Source of the DNA: the human T2T-CHM13v2.0 reference genome, Homo sapiens
Direction: 5' to 3' (one strand)
DNA: 64,000 nt
Assembly: GCF_009914755.1 (NCBI RefSeq)
Contig: NC_060928.1
This document shows, in pieces, positions 42,622 to 55,965 of the stretch. The notes beneath the pieces were generated by a model, which did not search any database, was not told the DNA's origin, and saw only the letters and a program-made list of their open reading frames with translations. The position numbers and the translations under genes were made by a program. Position 1 is the first letter of the stretch. Every line of letters starts with the position of its first letter.

Positions 42622-45600
42622 ATCTTTATCCAACCATCCATTGACCCTTAGGTTGATTACATGACTTTGTTATTGTGAGTGGTGCTGTGATAAACATACA
42701 AGTGCAGGTATCTTTTTAGCATAATGATTTCTTTTCCCTTATGTAGGTAGTAGTGGGATTGTTGAATCAAATGCTAGTTCTATTTTTAGCTCTTTCAGAA
42801 ATCTCCATATTGTTATTCATAGACTTTGTCCTAATTTATATCCCAAACAACAGTGCATAAGCATTCCATTTTCTATGCATCCTCACCAACGTGTGTTGAA
42901 CTTGACTTTTTAATAAAAGCCATTCTGGTTGGTGTAAGATGGTATCCCATGTGGTTTTAAGTTGCATTTCTCTAATGACTAACGATGCTGAGCAGTTTTA
43001 TGTGTTTGTGGCCAGTTGTACATATTCTTTTGAAAAATGGCTGTTCATGTCCTTTGTCCGCTTTTTAATAGGGTTATATGCTTTTTCTTGAGTTGTTTGA
43101 CTTCCTTTTAGATTCTGGATATTAGTCCTTTGTTGGATACATAATTTACAAATATTTTCTCCTTTTCTGTACATCATTTTGTCTACTCTGTTGATTATTT
43201 CTTTTGCTGCCCAGAAGCTTTTTTAGTTTACCTAGGTACCATTTGTATATTTTTGTTTTTGTTGCATTTGCTTTTGAGGACTTACTCATAAGTGCTTTGC
43301 TTTGCCCAATGTCCAGAAGAGTTTTTCCTAATTTTTCTTCTAGAATTTTTATAGTTTCATGTCTAACATGTAAGTCTTTAATTTATCCTTAGTTAATTGT
43401 TGTATATGGTGGGAGATATGGGTCCAGTTTCACTCATAGCTATCCAATTTTCCCAGCATCATTTATTAATTATTGTGTCTTTTCTCCAGGGTAGTTTAAA
43501 AATTTTTTTTTAAGAATAAAACCTACTGATGCATTCATCCAGGGTAGGTTTTTTTGACTTTGTTGAAAATAATTCAACTGTAAATATAGAGGTTTTAAAT
43601 CTGGATTCTCTACTCCGTTTCATTGATTTATGTGTCTATTTTTATACCAGTACCATGCTGTTTTTGTTACTATAGCCTTGCAGTTTAATTTGAAATTGGA
43701 TAAAATGACGCCTCCAGCTTTATTCACTTTGCTTGTGATTACTTTGTCTATGTGGGCTATCTTTTGGTTTCACATGAATTTTAGGATTATTCTTTTCTAA
43801 TTCTGTGAAAAATGACAGTGGCAATTTCATAGGAATTGCACTGAATCTGTAGATTACATTGAGCAATATGGTCATTTTAATAATACTAAGTCTTCCAATC
43901 AATGAGTATGCCATGTTTTTTCATTTGTTTGTGTCATCCACAATTTCTTTCATCAATGTTTTTTAGTTCTCCTTGCAGAGATCTTTCACCTCCTTGAGTA
44001 AATGTATTCCAATAATTTTTTTTTGGTAGTTACTATACATGGGATTGAGTTCTTATTTGGTGCTCAGCTGGATCATTACTAGTGTGTAAAAATGCTACTA
44101 ATTTTTATACTTTAATTTTGTACCCTGAAACTTTACTGACATTATTTATAAAATCTAGGAGTCTTTTGGAGGAGTCTTTAGGATTTTCTAGGTATAAGAT
44201 CATATAATATGAAAATACAGATAATTTGACTTCCTCTTTTCCAATTTGAATGCCTTTTATTTCTTTCTCTTGCCTGATTGCTCTAGGTAGGACTTCCAGT
44301 ACCGTGTTGAATAGGGGTAGGGAAAGTGAGCATTCTTGTCTTCTTAAAATCCTCAGGGGGAAATGCTTTTAACTTTTCCCCATTCAGTATGATGTTGACT
44401 ATGTGTTTCTTGTGTATGGTTTTTGTTATTTTGAGATTTTTTTCAATGTCTAGTTTGTATCCTGAAATTGTACTGACATTATTTACTTATAAAATCTAGG
44501 GATCTTTTTTCATGAAGAGATGCCTAATTTTATCAAATGATTCAAATGTTTTTTCTGAATCTATTGAGATGATCAGATGTTTTTTTGCTTTTCTGTTTAT
44601 GTTGTGAATCACATTTATTAATTTGTGTGTGTTGAACCATTCATGAATCCCTGGAATAAAACCCAGTTGATAGTTGTTTATTTCTTTTAGATGAGTTGTT
44701 GGATTTGGTTTGCTAGCACCTTGTTGAGGATTTTTGCATTATATTCACCAGGGATATTGGCCTGTAGCTTTTTGTTGTTCTTTCCTTCTCTGGCTTTGAT
44801 ATCAGGGTAATACTGGGTTCATGGAATGAGTTAGAGGGGATTTCTGGTTCCTCAATTATTTTGGAGTAGTTTCTATAAGATTGGTAAAAGTTCTTCTGTG
44901 TATGTCTGGCATAATTCAGCTGTGAATCCGTCTGGTCCTGAGCTTTTTTTGGTTGGGAGATGTTTCATTACTTATTTAATCTCACTACTCCTTATTGGTC
45001 TATTCAGGATTTCTAGTCATTCCTGGTTCATGTTGAGAGGCTGTATGTTTCCAGGAATTTGCCTGTTTCCTTTAGGTTTTCTAGCTTGTGAGTGTAGATA
45101 TGTTCATTGAAATCTCTGATGATCATTTGTATTACTGTGGTATCAGTTGTAATGTCTCCTTTTCATTTCTGATTATGCTTATTTGAATCTTTTCTCTTTT
45201 TGTCTTAGTTAATCTAGCTAGTGGTCTATCAACTTTGTTTATTTTTCCAAAAGAGAAACTTTACCTTTCATTGATCCTTTGCATTTTTTATCTCTATTTC
45301 ATTTAGTTCTGTTCAGATCTTTGTTATTTCTTTTCTTCTGCTAGCTTTGGGCTTGGTGTGTTCTTGTTTTTCTAGTTCCAAAGATGTGATGTTAGGTGGT
45401 TAATTTGTAATCTTTCTATTGTTTGATGTAGGCCTTTCATTGCTCCCTCTTAGCACTGCTTTTGCTATATGTTGCCTCTATTTTCATTCAATTCAAAAAA
45501 AGTGTTGACTTTCACTTTCATCTAATTATTGACCAAATATAAGTCAAAACACATGGTTTGATTTCCACATATTTGCATAGTTTTGATTTCTAGTTTTCTT

Positions 45601-48375
45601 CCACTATGATCTGAGAATAATATACTTGATATAATTTTGATTTTTTTAAGTTTATCAAGACTTACTTTGTGGCATAACATATGGCCTATTTTTAAAAAAG
45701 ATGCATGCACTAATAAGAATGTATATTCTGCAGTTGTTGGGTAGAATGTCTGTTAGGTTCATTTGGTCTAGAGTTCAATTTAAGTCTAGTGTTGCTTTGT
45801 TGATCTTCTGCCTTGATGATCTATCTAGTGCTTTCAGTGGGGTGTTGAAATCTTCAACTATTATTATGTTGCTGTTTATCTCTTTCCTTAGGTCTCTTAG
45901 TATTTATTTTATAAATCTGGATACTCTGATGTTGGGTGCATATATGTATGTACATATGTATATATGAATAATTATTATATTCTCATGTTGAATTGATCCC
46001 TTTATCATTATATGACCTTCTTTGTCTTTTTTTTTACTATTGTTGATTTAAGGTCTGTTTTATCTGATATGAGCATAGCTACTCCTGCTTGCTTTTGGTT
46101 TCCATTGCATGGAATGTATTTTTCCACCCACTTATCTTGAGTCCATAAGTGTCATTACCAGTTAGGTGAGTTTTCTTTCATCAGCATGTAATTTCATCCT
46201 GTTTTTGTATCCATGTCATCAATGTATATCATTTAAGTGGAGCACTTAGTCAATTTACATTTGAGGTTAATATTGGTGTGTGAGATTTTATTTCTGTTAT
46301 AATGTTAATTGTTCCCTATTTACTTTGTAGTCTCAGTTGTGTAATTGTTTTATAAGACCTGTGAGTTATATACCTCTGTGTCCTTTTGTGATGGTGATTA
46401 TTAACCTTTGGTTTCCATGTTTAGAATTTCTTTGAGTATTTCTCCCAGGACTAGTCTACAGGTGACAAATTCCCTTAATGTTTGCTTGTCTGGGGAAGAC
46501 TTTATTTCTCTTTTATGTATGATACTTGGTTTAGTAGGATAAAAAAAAAATTCTTGGCTGACACTTTTTTCTTTAAGAAGACCAAAAATAGGACTCCAAT
46601 CTATTCTAGCTTGCAGGATTTCTGCTGAGATCTGCTGTTAGTGTGATAAAATTTCCTTTATTGTTAATTACATGCTTTTCTCTTGCTGCCTTTCAGATTT
46701 TTTTCCTTCCTGATCACTTTAAATAGTCTGACGACTATATGCCTTGGTGGTCTGTCTTGAAAAAGTATCTTAAAGGAGTTTTCAAAGCTTCTTGTAGGTA
46801 TAAATCTATAACTAGAATAGGAAAGCTTTCCTCAATTATTTCCTCAATTAGGTTTGTTAAACTTTCTATTTTTTCTTTTTCTCTCTCAGGAATACATATG
46901 ACTTGTAGGTTTGAATGTTTTACATAATCTCATATTTTTCAAAGGGTTTGTTCCCTTTTTAATTTTTTTTATAAAATTTTTGTCTTACTATGTTAATTTG
47001 AAGATCTGTTCAAACTCTAAAATTCTTTTCTCTACTTGGTCTAGTCTACAGTTAAGGCTTTCAACTGTATTTTGTAATTCCTTCCTGACTTTTTTGTTTC
47101 CAGAAGTTCAGAGTGTTTTTCTTTTTTAATCTATCTCTCTAGTGAACTTTTCATTTGTACCCTCCTGGGGCTCATGACTCTCAATTCAGATAGACACTGC
47201 TGTTTATCCCCTGGCCACAATGTAGCTAAGAGCCATAGAAAATAATTGTTCTATGGCACTCTGCCAAATGGCTTTGACTTGGAACCTCTTCCCTCAGTCT
47301 AAAACAGATAGCTTTGAGACCTGCCTGTTTTCCACTGCAAGAATGCTGCTGCTCCATGTGTAGAGGGAGAGGGGCTCTGCCTTTCACGCATTCCCAACCC
47401 AGTGGACACTCAACAGTGGAGGAGGTGCAGCTGCTCTTATTAGCCCTGGAATGGCCATCCACAGGTGTGTCCATGCCTCTTCCCTGTGGGATCAGCCACG
47501 TCTGTGTTTGCAGCAATGAGCAGGGTGAGGAGAAGTTCCCTTCTCCACATCCACGTCCAAGCAATGGAGCTGCCTAGATTCTAGGACAGAACACACTCCT
47601 CCCCCACAGGACTGAACACAGTGTCTGTGTATCCACTAGGAAAGGGGAAGTCACCTTCAGCCCACAAGTGTGGCACTCTGGAGGCACAGCAGAGCACATG
47701 TTCTTGTCTCCTTTGTTCCAAGGGGGCTTTGTTGGTGTGCTACACTCTCTCTTCCCCTAGGAGCAGCATGGCCCAAGGGCCAGATCACTGGGAATTCTGC
47801 AGCTTCCCTGGGTTCAGTCAGCCCTGTCTGGCTACCTTAATTTGAGCAGGTGCTTTGGAATGTTTGCAGGGGATCCAATGATGTGGCAACAAAAGGGCTG
47901 AGATTCCCTAGGCAGGACAGTCCCACAATGGGTATGCATCAACCCACCACTGCTCAGGTGTGGCAGAAGAGTGAGCAACCTTGCATAAACTGGCAGCCCA
48001 GTGCAATGCCCTCAAGAAGTTCCCACATCACCACTCACACCAGTGCCTGGGCTCATGATGGCAGAGGGGCTCTCCAACAGTTCAGCAATCAGCAGCCTAC
48101 TGCAAGGGTGACAGGAGCCAGAAAACCCCGCCTACCCTATTCACCAGACACCAAGTCCCTTGAAGCTCAATCTCTGCCAAACCCTTGCTTGTTTTTTTTT
48201 TGTTGTTGTTGTTTTTTGTTGTTGTTGTTGTTCTGTGCTTTAGCTTGTCTGGTAGGCTCTGGCACTCTTCTCTTAATATTCTATTCAAGTTATGATTATT
48301 CATCTGTAAGTTTGGTTCTTCTTTCTGAGGAGAACTGGCCTCTGACATCTCTAGTCAGGCATCTTGGAAAAAATC
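42622..48375 (-). mobile_element. Near-full-length old primate L1 (L1PB3/4-like), 3'UTR missing
   Basis: Decayed ORF2 (42622-46100), ORF1 relic (about 46400-47160) and GC-richer 5'UTR (47160-48375) whose reverse begins GATTTTTTCCAAGATGCCTGACTAGAG. Confidence 0.85.
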
Positions 48376-48792
48376 TCTATTTTTATTTTAAGGGGAAAAA
48401 TATTAAGTAGCACATTTCAATTTAAAAATTCTTAACCAATTTACAATTTTTATAAAATGAAACTAAGACACAGCAATATGTGTATATGCAAAAGTAACAA
48501 ATTATAATAGTAAGATATGAAATGCTGAAAACATTGCTTCCTGATTATCAATTATTAAATAATATGGTTGTTAACAAACAATACCTTTATATCCAATGAC
48601 ATCATCTCGAATCTGCTCCTAATTAAGTTTCCTCTGGTCCTGCTAGTTCTTGTTTCAGGAATAATATGTGAATTGAGGGGAATTCTCATGACCTCTTGCT
48701 GAAGTTGGTGGAGGTTGAGTGGGGCTTTAAAATTCAAACCTTCTACTTCAACTACTAGGTCACTTGCTCATATGCTCATTGTTTTAACAATG

Positions 48793-48832
48793 GCTGTGTG
48801 TTTCTTTTCCTAGCTGTGTGTTTCTTTTCCTA
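48793..48832. repeat. Perfect 20-bp tandem duplication
   Basis: GCTGTGTGTTTCTTTTCCTA x2. Confidence 0.95.
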
Positions 48833-50779
48833 CTAGGGCATCGCACTCTGTTTCAGGAGCTGTTTGAGTACAGGCAAAGATAGTTGTTGTTTAGCTATCA
48901 AGTGTGAAAAGAGGACAAAGGAGCAAAGGAGTATTGCAAGAGCATCTTTATAGTGACAAATATTAAGTCTTCTTTGGCAAAGAGGGAAGTGAACAAAAAA
49001 GAAGGTTGATGGACAGGAATGCACTGGGGAGACACAGACTCTGGGAAGGAGTAGTTTAAATGGTACTTTAAAAAATATTCAACCTTTCTTCTATGTCTCG
49101 GGAATTAAGGTATGGGTGACAGCATTGGAGGATAAGCTTACGCAAGAATAAATTATTTGAATTGGTGCTATATTTGCTTTCAGTAGAAATGTTGCAGTTG
49201 ATTAATCCATAAATCAATAAAATGTTAAGAAGGATGAAAATCACATTGGAAGTAAATTAATTAGAAGACTTTAGATAGTCTAAAAACTGAATCATGATGA
49301 GGTGGCAGGTTGTCATTTCTCATTAAGCCTTTTCACAATAATAAATAAAAGAGTGTATTTTTGGAGACAAGAATGTGCTGCTAGAATTCAGTGCTTCAAG
49401 ATATGAGGGCATGAAAGAGAGCAGCCGAAAAGAAAATGAAATAAATAAATGTTTTCTCTCTTTAATCTGCCCAAAATGCAGTCATGTAATGATGGATGGC
49501 TCAATTTATTTAGCGTACTCTGCACAGCAAAAGGCAGGTTGGTTTCCATAGGTATTTGCATAGTTAGAAATCTTTGTTCCATTACTTGACTTAAAGAAGT
49601 AACATGTCATCAAATATTTATTTCTTATACGGTAATGTAGCTTCTCAGTGGTGTCATATGATATGAAAGGGAAAAATGAATATAGAATAAAGTAAAACAG
49701 ATCCTAAAACTTTTCATAATAAAGATTTCTAAACATAAGGCCCATGAATATCTGAACAATAGTTTTAAATATCAATGATTGCATCCCACACACTTTCAAT
49801 CTCTTTCCAAGGCATTTCCTCAGACCACCTGACCCTTCCTTATTCAAACTAGATTGGTATATTATTGCCACAGGAGAGAATATATAGCCAAACTCAGGTT
49901 ACAAGGGAGTCCTCTCCATGAAAATCTAAAGTCTCTTGAAATTTATGGCAGAGGCATTAGCTTGAAGAAAAGATGTTTTGAGAATCAAACCAAAGGTCCT
50001 GAAGGATTCGAGACATAAAGTTTATGCCATAAAAAATACATTTGAGAGAATGATGAAGGCCAGGATAACCTTGTCCCCTGAATAAGAATTCTATAAAGTA
50101 GCCAGGGAGCATGAGTTGCCAAGGGAAGAAAGAGAAAACATACTTCAGTGCATCCCGGATGAGGAGCCTGTGTCTTACGCCCTCACCCGAGGTCCAGAAG
50201 CAATTGAGGAGTTTTGCAAAAGTGGGTGTAAATTGCCTTTGATTCTGATTATATGTTATATGCACTAGGAGAGGTAAATTTTTTAAAGTACTCATGCAGA
50301 TTTGAAGAATTGAAAGCAGAGGTTCCAAATCTGTAGGTGAAGGAAAAAAAAAACCACATTGCTCCCCATGACTAGGGAGCAGCCAAGGGAAAGTGGCTAT
50401 GACATGTAATTAGGTAGACACACCTCAAGCAGCCTCAGAGAGTTCTCATGCTTTCCAGTGTGGCACAGGAAGCAGTAGAACTTTTCCTTATGTGGCATAG
50501 AATGGTGAGGGCGTGACTCAGAGAGCTGAGATCCTGGAAAGTCCTAGTGGTTGAGATGATGGGGACACTGAAGTCATCTGTATGAACAAAAAGCAGACAA
50601 CAGAGAATGCTGAGGGTGTCTTAAAGGAACATCAGCATGGATGCCTGAGACTAGATGTTCCCTACTTCCACCGTGCCACATCCTCATTCTCACACCTTGG
50701 CACTAGTTCAGACTCTGAAGAACTTAGGAAAAATATTGACATCGTTGGGAGTAAAGCTAATGATTAACCAGTAAATTTG

Positions 50780-51065
50780 GGCTGGGCACAGTAGCTCACA
50801 CTCTTAATCCCAGCACTTAGGGAGGCCAAGGCAGGAGGATTGCTTGAGTTCAGGAGTTTGAGACCAGTCTGGGGAACATAACAACACCCCATTTTTACAA
50901 TACAATTGTTTTAAAAAGAAAATATTAGGTAAATGTGTTGGCACATGCCTGTAATCCCAGCTACTCGGCAGACTAAGACAGGAGGACTGCTTGAGGCCAG
51001 GAATTCAGGGCTACAGTGATTATAGCCTAGGAAACAGCAAAGCCCTAACTCCTAGGAAAAAAAAA
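50780..51065 (+). mobile_element. AluJ with right-arm deletion
   Basis: GGAGGATTGCTTGAG, GGCTACAGTG diagnostics; right arm shortened after CAGTGA. Confidence 0.9.
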
Positions 51066-51659
51066 GAAAATCGGAAATTTACTAACAATACCCAGAAGGA
51101 ACTTCATCAAGAGGCATGGGGGAACATGAGAAAAAAAATTAAAATTTTTCTTAGCAAAAATATAAAGTTAGATGTTTTTGTTTTCCATTCAGGAGTTTGT
51201 GCTTGGGAAGTCAACAGCATCTTTGAGTACACACAAAATCCAGATCAATAAACAGATACACTATGGGGTGAATATTCCTTTTGTAAAAGTGTTCTTCACT
51301 ATGGAATAATGTACCAGAGGATGCTTTTAAAAATCCAATACTCTTTTAGTGCATATAACACATAATTGGAATTACAGAAATGCAGTTTACATAAACTTGT
51401 AAGAAGATAATCAAATGTCTAAAACAAAGCCATTTAAAACCTGCCATTTCTTTGGAGTGTTTAACAAAATTCGGGTATCCATCATTCTGTAGGGCTTAAG
51501 AAACTGGTGCCTGTTTTAGTCACAATCCAGTAAGAAACAGATGATATTAACATGAATGAGCAAAGGGACAGGCCTATGGGTATCAGAAAGAGGGGACAAC
51601 CTGCTAAGATGTGACGGCAGGGCCTGAGCCCTCAGTTGTGGCATCTGGAAAGAAATTCA

Positions 51660-51956
51660 GGCCATTATCCTTAGCAAACTAACACAGGAACAGGAAACCA
51701 AATACCACGTATTCTCACTTACAAGTCAGAGCTAAATGGTGAGAACACATGGACACATAAAGGGAAACAAAACACAAGAGAACCTTTTGGAGGGTGGAGA
51801 GGGGAGGAGGGAAAGGAAAATAACTAATAACTCATCGGTATTAGGCATAATATCTGAGTAAGGAAATAATCTGTACGACAAACCCCCATGACATAAGTTT
51901 GCCTGTGTAACAAACCTGCACTCGTACCCCTGAATTTAAATAAAAGTTAAAATAAA
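51660..51956 (+). mobile_element. L1PA13-15-like 3' end
   Basis: GGCCATTATCCTTAGCAAACTAACACAGGAACAG..AAACCCCCATGAC..TAACAAACCTGCAC; perfect TSD AAAGAAATTCA at 51649-51659 and 51957-51967. Confidence 0.9.
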
Positions 51957-52617
51957 AAAGAAATTCAACTGATTCCTTTTTCCAATGAACATATGAGAAA
52001 CACAATAATTAGGGACACATGCACACAACCTTGGCACTAGGACAAAAAAAAAACTAAACAAATAAATTCTGTAGGAAGTTGAAGAGGGCTGAATAGGAAT
52101 CACTATAGGTTAGTGAATAGAATCAGCCCCTCTCAAGTCCATATTTATGGAATTCTTATTTCTCCTACCTATAGCTTGAACACAGGAGTCAGAAAACTCT
52201 TCCATTTGATTACTCTGTAATTTGCAGAAGACAACATATGATCTGGGGAAAAATGATGTTTATGGCTGCCTTTGAACTCCACCAATTAGCCTCATTGTAC
52301 TCCTCTTACAGTACTCCTGTAAGATGCTCAGGGCTTCACCTACTGATCTGGGTTCTTTTTCCCAGGGCATAAAAGGTGCCAACAAATATTCAAAGATCAT
52401 CCCATCCTGTAAGTCAGAAGCCAGGTTAAAGCAGAATATCTGGGTTGGCAGAATCTGAAATGAAAAGAGGATTTCCTTTTTCTCTTGCTTCCAGGCATGT
52501 ACACTCACAGTTCTTATTCAGGACACCCCAAGGCTGCAGAATATACAGGGCAATGAAGTAATCACACTTGAGACTCTTACTATAGTATACTGAAAAATGC
52601 ATTTATATAGCAGTATA

Positions 52618-53258
52618 CGGCAAATTTTTGTTATTTATGGTAATAGTGTCCTAAAAGTCACCAAGAACACTGAATTAGTGAATACTAGACTATTGCTTCT
52701 AGGGGAAAACGGTTAGGTTCCTATATGCCCCTAGTCATGCCATTTTCATCAACCAATCAATAAGTAACCTTGTTTTATGTATGTTTCTATTTAAAGACAC
52801 CGTATTTAATATATATTACTGATTAATATTGAACTTTAGGCTAATATCACTTTAACTCATGCCTGGATGGAGCTTATCTTATATAAGCTCTCTAAAGAAC
52901 ATCAAGGTCCCTTCCCCTTAAAAACACTAGATAGTACTTCAGCACTGCCTTTGGGGCCAGTTAAAGCAGCAAAATAACCAACAAAAAAAGGAGAAACAAT
53001 GCAAAAAAAATGGCACTAAATAGACCACAAAAAGGACACATTTACAGTATGAGAGCTGAAATAAGAAGGTGGTACATCACCTTACCTGACCTTAGCTGGG
53101 AACTACACATTGGGAAGCTCAAATTTTTATCAGTCTTTGCATGTCATAGTCTGCAAATTACCATGAAAGTGACATGAATATTGATTTGGGGGTTAGAGAT
53201 ACATTTTAGTAAGAAGGCAAATTTTCCAATATGGAATCTGAATAATGAGGATCGACCA
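52618..53258 (+). mobile_element. MER82 (TcMar-Tigger)
   Basis: AAAGTCACCAAGAACACTGAATTAGTGAATACT..GGTTAGGTTCCT ... GAATAATGAGGATCGAC; TA flanks. Confidence 0.85.
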
Positions 53259-53419
53259 TATTTAAGAAGCATGAATGTTAGCTTGCTAGTGGGTACAAAT
53301 CAGGCAGATGATTTTTCATCAATGAAAGAGTGCATGGTTGAAAAGTTTTCTTTATTCTTATTTGTGTTTGGCTTTAGGAATTCTGCAGGTTCTTGCAGGA
53401 CTCCACATATTGTCTATCA

Positions 53420-53864
53420 CAGCATATTGCAGACAGGTTCCCAGGAAGCAGATTCTGAGTTGGTGATTTGCATGCAGGAAGTTTATGGAGAATTGTTTCT
53501 GAAATCAGCTCCTGTGGGGAAATGAAGACAGCAGGACTGGGCAAAAGGAAACATTGAACTGGGATGAGATCACAAAGAAGGCATCAGGGAGGGCTGGAGC
53601 CAGACTGGGACTTCAGAGTGGCCCCACATTGAAGAAGAGAAGCTTGGTTTTTAAACTCACACTCTCTCCCCAACCAGGACAAGTTATGCAGGTGGTCCCC
53701 CAGAAGAAACTGTGACTTTGGAGTTGGTGGCGTTTTTCAGCAAATGGCAATTCCCAAAAAGGGATCCAGCTGCATGCAGTTGCTGTCAATGCTCTCAGCA
53801 GCTGAGGGAATGAGTGCCTGCGTCATGGAGAGGAATGCAGGTGGTACGCCCCGACACTCACTAC
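53420..53864 (-). mobile_element. ERVL LTR (LTR16-like)
   Basis: GGTTCCCAGGAAGCAGATTCTGAG..ATTTGCATGCAGGAAGTTTAT ... CAGCAGCTGAGGGAATGAGTGC..CACTACA. Confidence 0.7.
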
Positions 53865-53944
53865 ACTGTCAAGCACAAGAGGGCATTTCTAGCAACTCAG
53901 TTGGAAACGCTCTCAATGATGTTTAACAAAAGGATAGAATTACT

Positions 53945-54435
53945 TATGGTGGCAGAATAATGGCCCCTGAAGATATCTATGCTGTGATTCCCAAAGCCTG
54001 TGACTATGTTACATTACATGGCAAAAGGCCTTTGCAGATGTGATTAAGGTTAAGGACCTTGAGATGGGTTGATTATCCTGGATTATAGAGGTAAGTCCAA
54101 TGTAATCACATAAATCCTTGAAAGTGGAGGACCTATCCAGGCTTCAAAGAACCAGAGAGATTTCAATGTGGGAAGGGCTCACCTAGCTGTTGCTGACTAT
54201 GAAGGTGGAGGAAGGGGGGCCATGAGGCAAGGAATACAGGCAGCCTCTAGAAACTGGAAAAGGCTAAGAACTGGATTCTCCCCTAGAGCCTTCAGAAAGG
54301 AATGCAGCCTTCAACTTAACCCTAGTGAGACCCATCCTGGACTTCTGTCCACAGAATTAAAAGATAACAAATGCATATTATTTCAGCCATTAAGTTTATG
54401 GTAATTTGTTGCAGCAGTCACAGTAAACTAATACA
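53945..54435 (+). mobile_element. MaLR solo LTR (MLT1D-like)
   Basis: GGCAGAATAATGGCCCC..TTACATGGCAAAAGG..TTTGCAGATGTGATTAAG..GATTCTCCCCTAGAGCCT..AAACTAATACA. Confidence 0.88.
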
Positions 54436-55254
54436 CTGCCTGTCCAAATAGTGAACTTGGCTCCATGCATTGATGGAGAAGAAAGACACCCGAGGGCTCC
54501 ATTCTGCAGGATGAATCTGCAGGGATCTCCTTGCCAGCTATGGAAGTCAGTATGACAGCTTCAGCTACCTACAGTCCACTTGCCAGGTGATTATTATTAT
54601 TCTTATTATTAATTTGCACTATCGCATCCCAGTGTGTGCCTCCAGAGCCATCTATTTTCTTTATTTTTTCACTGCCTAAACTGCTTATAACTGAGAGTCA
54701 CAATTGCAGAGCTATTATCAATTAATTTGCTAGCAGCAAAAGTCGGTGTGACTCACAATCAGGCAGCCCTGCCCAACCTAACAGCTGTGGCTTCAGAAAG
54801 GCAGGAGTGCCAAAACACCTTTCTTCTTGCCCTTCATACTATTGGTCTTCCCTGAAAGGAAACACTTCCCAAAGCTCACTGATAAAATACTAAAGTACAA
54901 TTTTGTTACTCGCCTAAGAGCACTCCTACCTACTCTGTGCTGTGCAGGAGAAAAAAATGGTGAACAAGAAAGACACAATCCTTACCTCTAAAGAACTTCA
55001 GATTGGTGATGATTATAGACAAGATTTAGTTTTGATAGAGTGTCTGTGTTTTTTGATAGGAAAAAAGCAGAGTTCTCTATGACCATGTTGGAGAAGCACC
55101 GAACCCAACTTTAGATGGTCAGGGAAGAATTCTCCTAAGAAACAACACTGAAACTGAGACTTGAAGAATGCATAGAAATTGTCTAGACAAAAAGAGTAAT
55201 GGCAAAGACTGTTCCAAGCAAATGGAATGTGGACAACTGCAGAGGCAACAGTAA

Positions 55255-55520
55255 TAATCACTAATATTTATAATATTTATTAAGTATTTACAATATGTTA
55301 GGCCCTGTGCTAAGTGCTGTACACACACAGTCTTGTTTCATCCTCACAACAACCTGATGAGGTATGCACTGCTATTGATTCCATTTTCCAGATAGGAAAG
55401 CTGAGCAACAGTGAGTTTGTACTTCTTGCCCAACATGACACAGCTTGTAAGTAGTTGAGTATAGAAATGAACCCAAGCATTCTGGCTCTAGAATCCTCTT
55501 GCTTAACTGTTCTTCTGCAC
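55255..55520 (-). mobile_element. MIR SINE
   Basis: TCCTCACAACAACCTGATGAGGTA..CCATTTTCCAGATAGGAAAGCTGAG..TTGCCCAA. Confidence 0.85.
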
Positions 55521-55739
55521 TACCTCTTACTGAGTCTCAAGCAAGTGATCCAATGGCTCATCCAAGGAACTGAAGTAAATTCCAGGTGCTTGGAGCTGAG
55601 ACAAGTGGGGGCAGGGAATTAGATTCAGCAATAGCAAGAGATGATGCAAAAGTGAGTATTTATAACATATTATAATCATATCTATCCAGTACTCAAGATT
55701 ACATCAATCTTTAATGAGGACTTGGAATCTGCGGGATAC

Positions 55740-55965
55740 AGTGGGAAGGGCAGAGGCTTTGGTGTCAGACAGACGTTAGTTCTGATCTTCCCACTAATGC
55801 GTAGAAGCTGAGGAATTTAACTTAAGCAAGTTCTTTAAACTCCCCCTATACTCCCATCTGTGCCTTGGAGATTATAATAGCTACATCAAAGAGTTGTTGT
55901 GAGGACTACATGGTAAAAAGTACCAAAGTGTCTGGCATATAGTGAGTAGGCACTCAAATGTTCAG
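55740..55965 (+). mobile_element. MIR SINE
   Basis: GGCTTTGGTGTCAGACAGAC..GTTGTTGTGAGGA..TCTGGCATATAGT. Confidence 0.7.

Noticed and set aside
47226-48410. Cluster of 74-186 aa ORFs in GC-richer DNA
   Set aside because: They lie in a decayed L1 5'UTR and cross a (GTT)n tract; higher GC explains the scarcity of stop codons
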